Of a stretch of DNA of 64,000 nt, positions 13,062 through 24,599 are shown one piece after another. The stretch is from Euprymna scolopes (Eukaryota), in assembly GCA_053919585.1 (NCBI GenBank), contig CM132801.1. The stretch is one strand, 5' to 3'. The translations under genes were made by a program, and so were the position numbers. The notes beneath the pieces are model-generated. The model saw only the letters and a program-made list of their open reading frames with translations. It was not told the origin of the DNA and did not search any database. Positions within the stretch are counted from its first letter, which is position 1. Each line of letters opens with the position of its first letter.

Positions 13062-14353
13062 CGAGGGTAAATCAAAAAGTTTTAAGACAAGTGATATAAA
13101 TTCAATCTAAATGAAAATAGAGCAACAAAACAAGGTTTAATTGCACTACTGATTACTTAACAACAAATTTGACAAGTTACAGCATTCTAAATCTTTTATT
13201 CTTTTTTTTTCAGATAATATTTTATAATAGTAACTTTTTGACAATCCAAAATGAGTCAATTTGAAGTTCGTGCGAACATTAAATTTCTAACAAAACTGGA
13301 ATGGAAACCGACGGAAACCATTAAAGCTCTACAAAATGTTCATTGAGACTCGTCACCTTCTAGAGCTGTTGTTTATCGTTGGATCAGACGATTCAAGGAT
13401 GGTAGGAATGATCTTCAAGATGACCAAAGAGAAGATGGGCCTTCAACATCAAAAAATGCTCAAAACATCGAGCTTGTCAGGAATCTTGAAGAAGATCGGA
13501 GAATAACAGTGAATGAGATTGCTAAGGAGCTTGACATTTCATTTGGGTCAACCTTTTCAATTCTGAAAGAAGATCTTGGTCTGAGTAAGCTTTCTGCTCG
13601 TTGGGTGCCTAAAGCGTTGCAGTTGAATCTGAGATCAGATCTTTCATTGGCCCTTCTGACTAGAATTGAAGCAAATGAGGCAAACTTTTTTGAACGGGTC
13701 ATAACCGGTGATGAAACATGGATTTATCTGTACGATCCTGAAAGCAAAATTCAGTCTAAACAATGGTTACCAAGAGGATCAGCAGGCCCTATCAAGTTCA
13801 AAGCAGAAAGGTCAGCTCAAAAAATAATGGCAACTGTTTTTTGGGATAAAGATGGAATCGTTTTATTAGATTTTCTTGAAGGACAGAAAACTATCACCGC
13901 AAGCTATTACGAAGGAGTTTTGAGAAAGCTGAAGACTTCATTGGTTAAGAAACGACGAAGAAAGCTCCATCGTCAAATTCTGTTCCATCATGACAACGCT
14001 CCAGCACACACGGCCAAGACTGTAAGAACAATTTTACGCGAGTTTCGCTGGGAAATCCTTTCACACCCTCCCTATAGTCCTGATTTAGAGCCTAGTGATT
14101 TCTTCCTATTTCCAAAACTGAAGGAACATTTGAAAGGAATAAGATTTCAATCCATAAATGAAGCAAAGAAAGAGGTTGTGACCTGGTTCACGAGACAAGT
14201 TCCAGAATTTTATGAAGAAGGAATTTATCGATGGAAACATCGCTTACAAAAGTGTATTGAGTTAGGCGGATCGTATGTAGAAAAATAAAGTTTTCAACTT
14301 CCATAAATAAAGTTTTTCTTCAATTTGTCTCAGAACTTTTTGATTTACCCTCG
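13062..14353 (+). mobile_element. Full-length mariner (DD34D), irritans/Hsmar2-like, 1292 bp
   Basis: TIRs CGAGGGTAAATCAAAAAGTT(T/C)T(A/G)AGACAA at both ends; TA TSD at 13060-13061 and 14354-14355. Removing the element restores the LINE sequence seen intact at about 52385-52410. Confidence 0.97.
13251..14288 (+). pseudogene. Mariner transposase with a premature stop
   Basis: ATG 13251 MSQFEVRANIKFL..., in-frame TGA at 13344-13346, then WVPK, TGDETW, HDNAPAH, YSPDLEPSDF, ending GSYVEK. Confidence 0.93.
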
Positions 14354-16755
14354 TATATCTAGAGCTACTGCTCTGCCTTCCCTCGCTTTGTCCAGTGACT
14401 GGTATATACGTTCAGAGATACAAGTGAGGATGTCTGCTGTGGAACGGGCTTGTCTAAATCCATATTGTTGGTCAGTCAGAAGTTTAGCATCTGTAAGGTG
14501 ATGGACGGTTAATTAAGGTCTCAAATATTTTGGCAAAAAGTGGGAGGAGGCTAATGGGGCGATAATTTAATGGGTCAGTTCTTTCGCCAGAATTCTTGAA
14601 TACTGGTACAACAGAAGCAGTTTTCCAACAGCCCGGAAAGCAAGCTTCATTAAGGCATTTGTTGTAGAGTTTGGAGAGAACTGGAGCTACTTCGGCTGAG
14701 CATTTTTTTAATAGCACAGCTGGGATGAGATCAGGTCCACATTCTTTTGGAGTGTCAAGGTTTTTTATGATAGCATGCACCTGAGCAGGGGTGATTTTCA
14801 GATCGTCTAGCGTGGCGTCTATCCGCATAGGAAAGTCAGGTAGGGGGTGGTTGGAAGGGTCCAGTGTGGAGTTTGAGGCAAACCGACTGGCAAGCATATT
14901 AGCCTTTTCGGTTGCTGAACTTTATATAAATCTAATTTATAAAACTCACTATGTCTGTCACCATATTTTCAAACTCTATCTCTTCCGAAACTAAAAGTCA
15001 CAGAGCGGTGCTAGGGGCCTCAAATGATTGGATTTTTTATGGGCTGTTCTTTTATAGGTCTTTAGCTGGTTAAAATAATTTTTAAGGGGTCAAGATTGAA
15101 AAAAGTCATACATTTTTGTACATTCATCTTAGTTTATTTTTAATCAGTTCATATGCGTGCTATGTTGGTACAGTGGTAACATCACCAGCTGTGTGCTTTC
15201 AGTTTCGATTGATGATATTCAAATACTTTTTTTTTTTTTTTTTTTGCTTTTGAAATCCCGACTCTATAATAATATATACGAAATCTGGGCAAATTAAAAT
15301 ATCATATTTAAGCATATTTTACAACCAGGCAAAGACCCCCCCCCCGCCCCCCGCTAGTAAAATCTATAACAAAGTAAATATTTTCCATAGATAACCTGAA
15401 CCAGATATTTATCCCGGCACAAGACATTGCACATATTGTTAATTTAACGAAAATGTATCATTGAGTATATTTGCAACACTTCATGGGATGCATCGAAAGT
15501 TGCAATATTTATTACCACAGTAATAATAAATGCAATTCTAGTTATTATACACTCTAATAAAGAGTCTGAAAAAGTTGACTAAAAATAAAAAAAAGATTAA
15601 AAATTTTTGCATATTCAGCATGATTACCTACTTCCGGTCCACCAAGTGGTAATCACCGAGTATACACAGCAATAATGGATGCAATTCCTTAAAATATACA
15701 TAAGTGAAATAGGACTAATTTTAATTATTAAATAGGCTATACGTGTACTGATTTGTTTTGGGGAAGAATGAAGAAGTAAAAACAAAAGTCAAAATGGTGC
15801 TTGTAGTCAAATTGTCTGTATTAAATTTTGTTGTCTTCATTGCAGACTTGAAGGTGGCAAATTTGTAATGAAGAAAATTACCAGGAAGAAGGCGTTTGGT
15901 TCTTTTGCATCTGGGAATTTGGAAATTGAGAAAACCAATCTGCGCTTTAGTCGTAGTACACATAATGAAATCTGGTTGCCGTGATTTAAAGAATGAGGCG
16001 TTGACATTTTTCTTTCTCTCACCACCCATATCGATTTATCTTAAACTAAGAAAAAATAATGGAATTCCTCCTGAGCAATAATTCCAAGGTTTTAGTTTTC
16101 TGGGAAATTGTAGCGCACATCTTTTAACATTTTTTTTTTTTTAATTATTTCCAGACTCCTATAAGTTATTTAAAATTTTCTAACTTTAAATATTTGTTTT
16201 CTATAGCATATCAGCTCACTTGCTTATATATCTACTAGCAGGACCTGTGTACTGGTATTACCTTGTGGAAAGATGGCACAAATCCAGAACAGATTTGTTA
16301 CCCCCCATCGAAAACAAATGAAACTATGATTATCTTGTGTACGTGAATCAAGTAAAATAGTGATTATGAATAAACTGCTAAAAACTTTAATACAGAGTAA
16401 AATTATTTCTTATAACTTTGGGAACTGAAAGAAATGAATGTTTATTAATCAGAGTATGTAATAGTCAAAAAAAAAAAAAATATATAAAAATTTGTCCAAA
16501 AAGAAAGAATAAAAACAAGTGAAATTGATTGATGAAAAACGAAAATGCCAGCACCAGAATTTTCAGAAGTAAAATTAAGACTTTGCCCATAATCACCACC
16601 ATTAAAAAAAATGTTGAAATATTGTAAAATGTTGAAGCCTTTCTGTGACTGAGAAATCCTTGTAGACTGAGGTAATTTTGTTTTGTATTTATGAAGTGGT
16701 GGATAAGTTAAGAATTGTGACTTCCACAAAAGTTGTGTAGTTTAACAGGGGTTCA

Positions 16756-16944
16756 ATTATACAACTTGTATAGCTTAACAGGTAATTTGCAGTTTAATTA
16801 ACCGTTTTTTCGTAAATAACATGCCGTCATTTACCGATAAGAATACCATTTAGCATTTTTAGAGGTTTTACTATTTTCTTGCTTACATTGGGGCGGAGGG
16901 GCGGTTGAGGTGCATGCCTGTTAAACTACACAAGTTCTATAATT
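16756..16944. mobile_element. Small MITE-like inverted repeat
   Basis: AATTATACAACTTGTATAGCTTAACAGG versus CCTGTTAAACTACACAAGTTCTATAATT. Confidence 0.5.
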
Positions 16945-17156
16945 GCCCCCCCTCCCCCCCCAAAAAAAAGAACGAAGAATATAAAAATGTTTGGTGCTTA
17001 TGTTTTTGTAAACCGCTCATGAAAACTTTGTTTTAGATCAATTAAAATGCATTAAAAACTACGTAAGACAAAAAAAAAAAAAAAAAATGAACCACATACA
17101 TTTTTTGAAAACTTTCTTATTTCAAATCATTGTGTAAAGATTTCTGCGCAATGTCA

Positions 17157-18860
17157 TTTTTTTTTTACATAGGCATCACCACTTATCAAGGCACAGAGGC
17201 CACTTGAGGATAAGGGTTAAAGAATGTACAGTAGTCAATTGGATAATATAGTAATCGTTAGTAATGGAAATTTGGTAAATTTGTTAACTTAAGTGGAACA
17301 ACGGCTCATCAAGAACTTGTTTATGTTGGCCTTGAAGACAATCAGATTGTAGCCAGCTGGAAAACGGAAGACAGTTCCACAGGCGTGCAGTTCTAAGGAA
17401 GAAGCTTTGTTCATGGAATCTATGTTTAGGTTTAGGCACAGATAAAGAGTGGGGGGAATTATTGAGTGTTTTCAGCTAGACAAGTGTTTCTTGTGAAAGT
17501 TTAGCAAGAGGCGGGGGCCATAGATTGAAGCTCAGTCAAGCACTTACCATGAAAATAACGATAATGCAAAGACAAACTCGCAACATCTCTTCTGTGAGAA
17601 AGAGGTTGCAGGGAAGAGAAAAGGACGTCTCCTACGAGGCTACAAAGTCTATTTTGAACTCTATCAAGGCAGGATAAGTCCTTTCTAGCAGCTCCTACCC
17701 AGATGTGGCAACAGTACTCCGTCCTTGGACGTACCTGGCTCTTATATAGATAGAGAATTGCATTAGCAGTGAGATATCTACTGGATCGATAGAAGGATCC
17801 CACCATTTTTCCAGCGGCCTTGGCAACGGATTTAATGCATGTGTTCCATTTCAGATCAGGAGTAAAGGTCAAGCACAGAAGCTTGTCAAAACATGAGGCC
17901 TCCCCAAGACGAGAGCCATTCATTTCAAGTGATGCCAGATGGGGATCAGAGCATTGATGATGTAAAGATAAAAGCTTGGTTTTAGATGCATTGAAAGTAA
18001 CCAGCCACTTCTTTCCCCATTGTACCATGTGCTCAAGATCAGAGGAGAGAGAATCGGAGAGAACTTGGTCGTTTACAGTCTTAGATGTGCTACCATAGAT
18101 GGTAGTGTCGTCAGCATAAATGTCTATGAATGATGTAAGGATGTGATTTGGAAGTACATTAATGGAAGAGAGTTGGGCCCAGGATGGACCCCTAAGGGAT
18201 CCCAGCATTAATACTGTGAGCTGATTTCTGCCCATCAACCACTACTCTTCTGAACCTATCAGAGAGAAATGATTTAATAATTGAGAAGACATTTCCAGTT
18301 ATACCATAGCTGGAGATCTTGTGAAGTAAACCTTTATGCCATAGCCTATCAAAGGCCTTTGATATGTCAAGAGCAATTACCCTAGAAAGGTTGCCTCCGT
18401 CGAGAGGTTCGCTAATCCTATGAGATATAACTGTAAGCACATCTGCTGTAGATCTAGCAGAACGGAAACCATATTGTGTCGCTAAGAAGGTTATTTTTGC
18501 TAAGATGATTGATTACTTCTGTATTTAACACAGATTCCAGATTCCACTCATGACACACAGGAGACTTATTGGCCTGTACTGAGAGGGGGATGAGCGATCA
18601 CCTGAATTCTTAAATACAGGGCATACTGATGAGATTTTCTAGGGTGATCGGAAGCAATTCTCCTTAAGACAATGTTTAAACAGTTTTGTAAGTATGGGCG
18701 CAAGTTCTGGTTGAAGTTCTTTGAGTACTATAATTGGAATACCGTCAGGACCAGTTGCTTTACTGGAATCAAGGTTTTTGATTAGCTTGGCAACATCACG
18801 TACAAATATTTGTATATCACTTAGCGTGTTTTCTGATACAGGAGGAAATACTGGAGATCG
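17157..18860 (-). mobile_element. CR1-like LINE, second family, 5'-truncated and frameshifted
   Basis: SKATGPDGIP, ALDISKAFDRLWH, YADDT, RPRTEYCCHIW, LQPLSHRRDVASL; T-run tail near 17157-17166; 3'UTR differs from family 1. Confidence 0.9.
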
Positions 18861-19769
18861 GCGGCCTTCACTACGCCCATTCGCATGTGAAAACACCACT
18901 GAAGGCGGTGAAATCGTGCAAAATAGTCCCAAGGTCCATGGGTTCATACCATGCAAATGGTAAATTTGCGATGGGTTTGATTATCAGATTTGTTGTCAGC
19001 GATCTCGAATATCCCTAGAAATCCAAATTAGAGTGGTCGGTGTTCTGTTGTAGCATAAGGTAATATTTACCGATATTTTTATCAGATAGACAGATAGATA
19101 GATAGAAATACGCGTTTTGTATTAGATTAATTGCGATAACTACTGGCCTCATTGTTTTGAAAGAATAGAATGTGGACGGGTGCCATGTTAAATTTAACGA
19201 AAAGTATTCTGTACTGTTCGGTAAATGCATTCTATAGAATGAAGGTTTATGTCTGAGTATCTAATGAAATTGTCGTTAGAATCAGAAGTGAAAGTAAGAG
19301 AGCGATTATTATTTACCTAGGAAATGAATTGTACGTGAAAGATAGAATCATGAAATATTTACAGTCATTCGCGATAAGTGGAGACTATAAAATATTTGTG
19401 GTAGAGAAACTGGGAAAGTGAAAGTAGAAAATAAAGAATGAGTAAAGTGTCTTCCTACCTACTGTAAGTATGAATTTTGTGGGGAGAGTGACTCGGTTTG
19501 GAAATATTGTACCAATTAACGAATTGTAATTTAACCGAATGATAATTACCTGAAAACATGCATTAGGTACAGACAGATAACTTGGACATTTTGAATTAAT
19601 GGGTGGCGCCCGTGTTTGTTTTCCTATAATGTCTTTTAATAGAGGAGAATAATTAATTTTATTATTATAAAGAAGATTGCTAATGGAGTTTTAGTATCTG
19701 TGTGAAGCCGAAACTATACTATTACTTTTATTAATGTACCAACTTTTAATTCGAAATTCGGGAGTAACG

Positions 19770-20035
19770 TAGTATCTGTTTTGTTCTCATTAGATCATTC
19801 TTCCAAGCATTATCTCCCTCTTTAATGGGAGTAGTGTAATATATGTTCTGTTGCCATAAGCTCATCCTTCTAGGCATTAAATTCTTTTTTGAAGGGGGGG
19901 GGGCAGTGTAGTAAATGTTCGTTTGCCATGATACCATCTTCCCAGACATTACCAACTTCTTTTCTGGGGAGAAAGATAGTGTAGTATTTCTCCTATGGCC
20001 ATAATGCCATACCCCGAGGGATTATATCATTTTTT
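19770..20035. repeat. Degenerate tandem repeat, unit about 75 bp, 3-4 copies
   Basis: Recurring TAGTGTAGTA...GCCATAA/G...CATC.TC..GGCATTA...TTT motif. Confidence 0.5.
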
Positions 20036-20611
20036 TTAGGTGTGTGGATGGCAAGTGATATACTAGCAAAGATAAGCGACCAGATGTTGTATATCTTTGC
20101 TATTATATTCAACAATAATAAATGTGGCTTATTTTAACAATTTACTACAATTTCATGAGTCATCATATCATTTTATTAAAAACATTAAAAAGTTCTTAAA
20201 TATTTGAATATAAATTCAAATCTCTTAAGAGGTTTGGAATCGTATCAATACACTTCTAATTACACAGCGCCCCGAACAAAACTGGATGTTTGATTTTTGA
20301 TCATCTTGGCTTGTATGGCAGAAAGCAAGACATTTTCATTCTTTCCACGCATGTGGTTACTCCAGTCGACCAATCAGAACTTATCAAAGCATCGTATTAG
20401 CAACAGCTGGTAAAACTGTATAAAAATGGGGTCGTCTCTCCACTCAGCCCCACCAACGGGGTCTCCACTCCCCCCCCTGGAATATTTTATTAGGCATCGA
20501 ACAGCAGCTTTTTCTCCTGAAATCCCTGCTGAACGAAACAACAATTTCACTACCACGATGAGAACAAAGAATAGCAGTGTCAACTTGGACCTTTCTTTCA
20601 GCAATGACTGC

Positions 20612-20667
<56 letters not shown>
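20612..20667. repeat. (CAT)n microsatellite
   Basis: Uninterrupted CAT run; explains the poly-H/M/I ORFs. Confidence 0.97.
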
Positions 20668-20882
20668 CAACACTAATCGTAACTCAACCTGGTTATCACT
20701 GTATTGTACAGCACTGTAGCAGTATCACCCTAATCATTATCAGCACATCAGAACTAATAGAATAATTGCAGTCATTTCTTTTAAAATCTTATACCTTTTC
20801 TTGTGGGTTCTTGGTTTTCTTTGAGTATTTGTTAAATATTAAATTTGAAAATATTAATTCTTTAACTGAATTTATGCTGATT

Positions 20883-21420
20883 ATACAGAGTGACGCACTT
20901 AAAAAAATGTAGTAGACAGGAGAAACATTGTTTTATTGTTTAAATTTCCTGTAGCATTGTTTAAGTTACCTGCAGCATTGTTTTAATTACCTGTTATATT
21001 GTAGTGTTATAAAAGATGCTGGAAGTGCTCCCCGTTGACATCTATGCATTCCTGTGGCACGTTTAACCACGTTTGCAGATACTGCCTGTAGATCGTCTCT
21101 GGTGATTCTTTTGATAGCGTTGGTAATGTTCTCCTTTAGTTAGTCTAGATTGTGTAGATTATTTGCCTAAACTGTTTGTTTTAAAGTCCTCCAAAGATAA
21201 AAATCACATGATGACAAGTGCGGGGAACATGGTGGCCATAACCCTTTTGCTTATTGTTCTCTCTTCCGTAAACATGTAATGAACTCGTGTCAGTGATCTG
21301 TGAGACGTGTGACATGTAGCGCCATCTTGTTGAAAAAAGAATTGCCTTTTGTCTTATGGTGTCAGTTGGTCATTAAGAGAAAGATTAGAGAGATCGAGCT
21401 ACCTTTGAGTGGGCCGCTTA
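20883..21420 (-). mobile_element. Decayed Tc1/mariner 3' half (rosa/maT-like)
   Basis: The minus strand reads FFQQDGATCH...(frameshift)...LWPPCSPHLSSCDFYLWRTLK; TA-CAGAGTG terminal sequence at about 20884. Confidence 0.7.
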
Positions 21421-21480
21421 ATCTAGAAAAAATGATTAGAGAAAGATTAGAGAGATCGGGCTACTTTTAAGTGGGCTACC

Positions 21481-21540
<60 letters not shown>

Positions 21541-22064
21541 TTTGTATAGGAAATTAGGATATGTGAATTTGCTATTTTAGACATATAAGGGAGGTAATTC
21601 TTATGTATCAAACATTTTTTAATTAAAATTTTAATTACATTTTAACTTAGTAACTTTGTATATCATTCATATTTTTAATTTAAATATTTTCTCTCTCTTC
21701 TTTTCTTCTCCTTTGAAATATTTTAGTATATTTATTTATTTATTTAAATGTTGTCTACTTTTATGATTGCTTTTAATTGTATGCATTTATTTACGGCTGT
21801 TTATGATATGGAAGTAAATCATAATACTTTGTCTTAAGTCTAATAATATAAAAGATGGCGTAAGATAACTTTCTTTCAAACTGCATTTATGAGTCGCATA
21901 GTAGCTTGTGTTGTTTTGCGCACTTTATTATTTTTTTCCTGGAGTTTATGGTCACGATTTTTGCACCTCTGAAGTCTCACTATGAAAAATCCAGGATATA
22001 TATCTTTATTGTTTCCGTGTTATATGTAAACTGTAAATGGTAATAAATTGCCTATGGGCCCCTA

Positions 22065-22269
22065 GATCATTCTGACAGACGTTAAAAACATTTAAAAATA
22101 AATGTTTAAATTTCAACGAAATTCTTCGTGGTTGACGGTGGCCGAATGAATTTATTCCTTGCTAATGGAGCCAGAGTTGGCTTCGTTGCCGGGTTCGAAT
22201 CTCCCAACCGGCGGTAATCGTGACACCCTGCACTGATGATTCCCGAAAGGATGAAACACTAGTGTGTGT

Positions 22270-22272
<3 letters not shown>
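22065..22272 (+). mobile_element. tRNA-like Pol III promoter + hammerhead ribozyme cassette, copy 1
   Basis: A-box TGGCCGAATG (22139-22148), B-box GGTTCGAATC (22192-22201), then a hammerhead core; homologous to 48510-48718 (minus). Confidence 0.75.
22227..22272 (+). ncRNA. Minimal type I hammerhead ribozyme motif (this copy has G at cleavage position 17)
   Basis: Stem I CCTGCA/TGTAGG, CTGATGA, stem II TCC-CGAAA-GGA, GAAA, palindromic stem III ACACTAGTGT. Confidence 0.7.
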
Positions 22273-22348
<76 letters not shown>

Positions 22349-22351
<3 letters not shown>

Positions 22352-22878
22352 AGGTCATGTCATATGCTACTGATACCATGTAACCTAGTATTACCTGCCT
22401 CATGGTCGGGTCACCGGCGACTACCTGGTTCCCCAACCAGACTTGTTTGGTGAAGAGGGTGACTAGTCTCCCTGAAGGATTAAAAACAAGACCTTTCAAA
22501 GGGCGAATGAACCCTTTTTCGGGGTCAACGGCTAACTAGCACCGTGTGTGTTTGTGTGTATGTATGTGTGTGCTGGGGTGAAGAGGGCTCCCGTAAGACG
22601 TGGTGAAGGCAACCTTTCTAGGAAGAGCAAATCTTAGATTTAAAAAACCATAAAGCGGGAGACCAGTACCCGCATTAAGCTGATCTGCAGTTTAACTTGT
22701 TGCTGGCTATCTTGCTCTTGCTTGTTGCTGGATCTCAACATTTTGAAGCGAGAGGGAGACTTAGCTGTCGTACAAAGCTAAGACTCTGTAACATCATTTG
22801 TGTATAGATGGAAGTCATTTTTGGGCTCATGGACTTTAAGTGTCTGAGGGAGTGACACTCGTCTGACAAGACGTTACA

Positions 22879-22881
<3 letters not shown>
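22349..22881 (+). mobile_element. Probable RTE-type LINE 5'UTR fragment between two (TA)n tracts
   Basis: GC-richer structured segment with GGTGAAGGCAACC...GGAAGAGCAAATC...AAAAACC, a pattern I associate with RTE leaders. No ORF. Confidence 0.4.
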
Positions 22882-22916
<35 letters not shown>

Positions 22917-22917
22917 A

Positions 22918-23078
22918 AATGTCTATTAATGAATATATATTTAATATCTAATATTATATATGAAGCAAGCGTTAGTAACAATATGAATGACTTTTATGTT
23001 CTTCGTTATTAATATTGTTACTAACGATTGCTTCATATATAATATTAGATATTAAATATATATTCATTAATAGGCAAT
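22918..23078. repeat. AT-rich hairpin with arms of about 65 bp
   Basis: CTATTAATGAATATATATTTAATATCTAATATTATATATGAAGCAA.CGTTAGTAACAATAT followed by its near-perfect reverse complement. Confidence 0.9.
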
Positions 23079-24599
23079 TATATTTGATTCTACAATGCAA
23101 TGGCATAAATTATTATATTTATATTAAATAATATAATTATATAAATAATAAATTATTATATTTATATTAATAATATAATTGCTCTTATTGTTTTAGTATT
23201 ACTTATTTGTGTTGAATTTCTTTATTGGTATTTGAACATTTTCTTAAAAAACACCAAATTTAATGTTTTTTTTCTATTGATCATTTTTAGGGAAATAATT
23301 ATCTATTCTTCCCAATAATAACCCGTGTTTTTACTTAACTATTATAAGGGGGCTAAAACGAAAATATATTTTGTTTTCTATTATTTAAAATTTTATCATA
23401 ATGCTAATCTATCGTTGTATCCGCTGTATATTTAAGGTTCTTATTTTATGTACAGTCACATGCAACCGTGAGCATACTACTTTTGACTGCAGGAAAATGA
23501 TTAAAAAATATATTTGAGATACCACGCATAGCACATCACATAGACACATCAATTCATCTGCATGTAAACCATAAACGAACGCAGCTCACCACCATCAATC
23601 GAATTCAGAGTAAGATGCACCTCTAAGCCGGAAAGGTCACTAATCCCACCGTCACGAAAAAAAAAACCCCGGGGGCCAAATCTAGAAAATCTTTCTTCAT
23701 GCCGAACCGCTGTTTGACAAAGTTAACCACTTTTGATCAAACCAATAGAAAATAAAAGCCGGCAAACAAAAACGCAGACTTGTTTGAACAAGTTATTGTG
23801 AGAATCAGATTTTCTCTTTCTAACAATCTAAGAAACTTTGAATTTTTTTTTATATTCGCTTGTTTAGGCGGAGGATAGCGAAGGTACCATTCTATTTTAT
23901 ATCATTCCTTTTGCTTGAGGCTTCACCATATTTTTTTTTATTTAACTCAACTAACTTATTCGACTTTTGTATCGTTGATCCCGTGAGTCCAGCCTGACAA
24001 AACAACTGTAGGGCAGAGAGTTTGCTTATNNNNNNNNNNNNNNNNNNNNNNNNNNNNNNNNNNNNNNNNNNNNNNNNNNNNNNNNNNNNNNNNNNNNNNN
24101 NNNNNNNNNNNNNNNNNNNNNNNNNNNNNNNNNNNNNNNNNNNNNNNNNNNNNNNNNNNNNNNNNNNNNNNNNNNNNNNNNNNNNNNNNNNNNNNNNNNN
24201 NNNNNNNNNNNNNNNNNNNNNNNNNNNNNNNNNNNNNNNNNNNNNNNNNNNNNNNNNNNNNNNNNNNNNNNNNNNNNNNNNNNNNNNNNNNNNNNNNNNN
24301 NNNNNNNNNNNNNNNNNNNNNNNNNNNNNNNNNNNNNNNNNNNNNNNNNNNNNNNNNNNNNNNNNNNNNNNNNNNNNNNNNNNNNNNNNNNNNNNNNNNN
24401 AGAGAAGTAGCATAAATAATAACGAACATTATCGACAAAATTCGCCCTGAAGTTTTTAGTAGCACTTTTCCAAGATTTTTCTAAATTCATTCAAGTCAGC
24501 CACAAGGTCAACATCATGCTAGTTTACAAATCCTTATAAAAATATCGCTACATAAATAAGTGAACATATACATAACAAATTAATAATATTAAGCCTCCA

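Larger units (their letters stand above)
11898..14919 (-). mobile_element. CR1-like LINE, 5'-truncated, RT + 3'UTR + A-rich tail, interrupted by a mariner
   Basis: Minus-strand ORF pieces NYRPISLL, ALDISKAFD (split), PQGSILGPLLF, YADDT, RPCMEYCCHIW; T-rich tail at about 11898-11920; closely similar to 50692-53529. Confidence 0.93.

Noticed and set aside
13460-13702. Antisense ORFs over transposases and LINEs (also 44190-44489, 12229-12477, 52251-52481)
   Set aside because: Shadows of the coding strand with no independent motifs.
20426-20765. Poly-His/Met/Ile proteins, and likewise the YI, ER/SL, poly-Q and poly-R ORFs elsewhere
   Set aside because: Translations of microsatellites.
22130-22212. 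Functional tRNA gene
   Set aside because: A and B boxes are present, but I cannot fold a convincing cloverleaf or anticodon arm, and the two copies diverge in that region.
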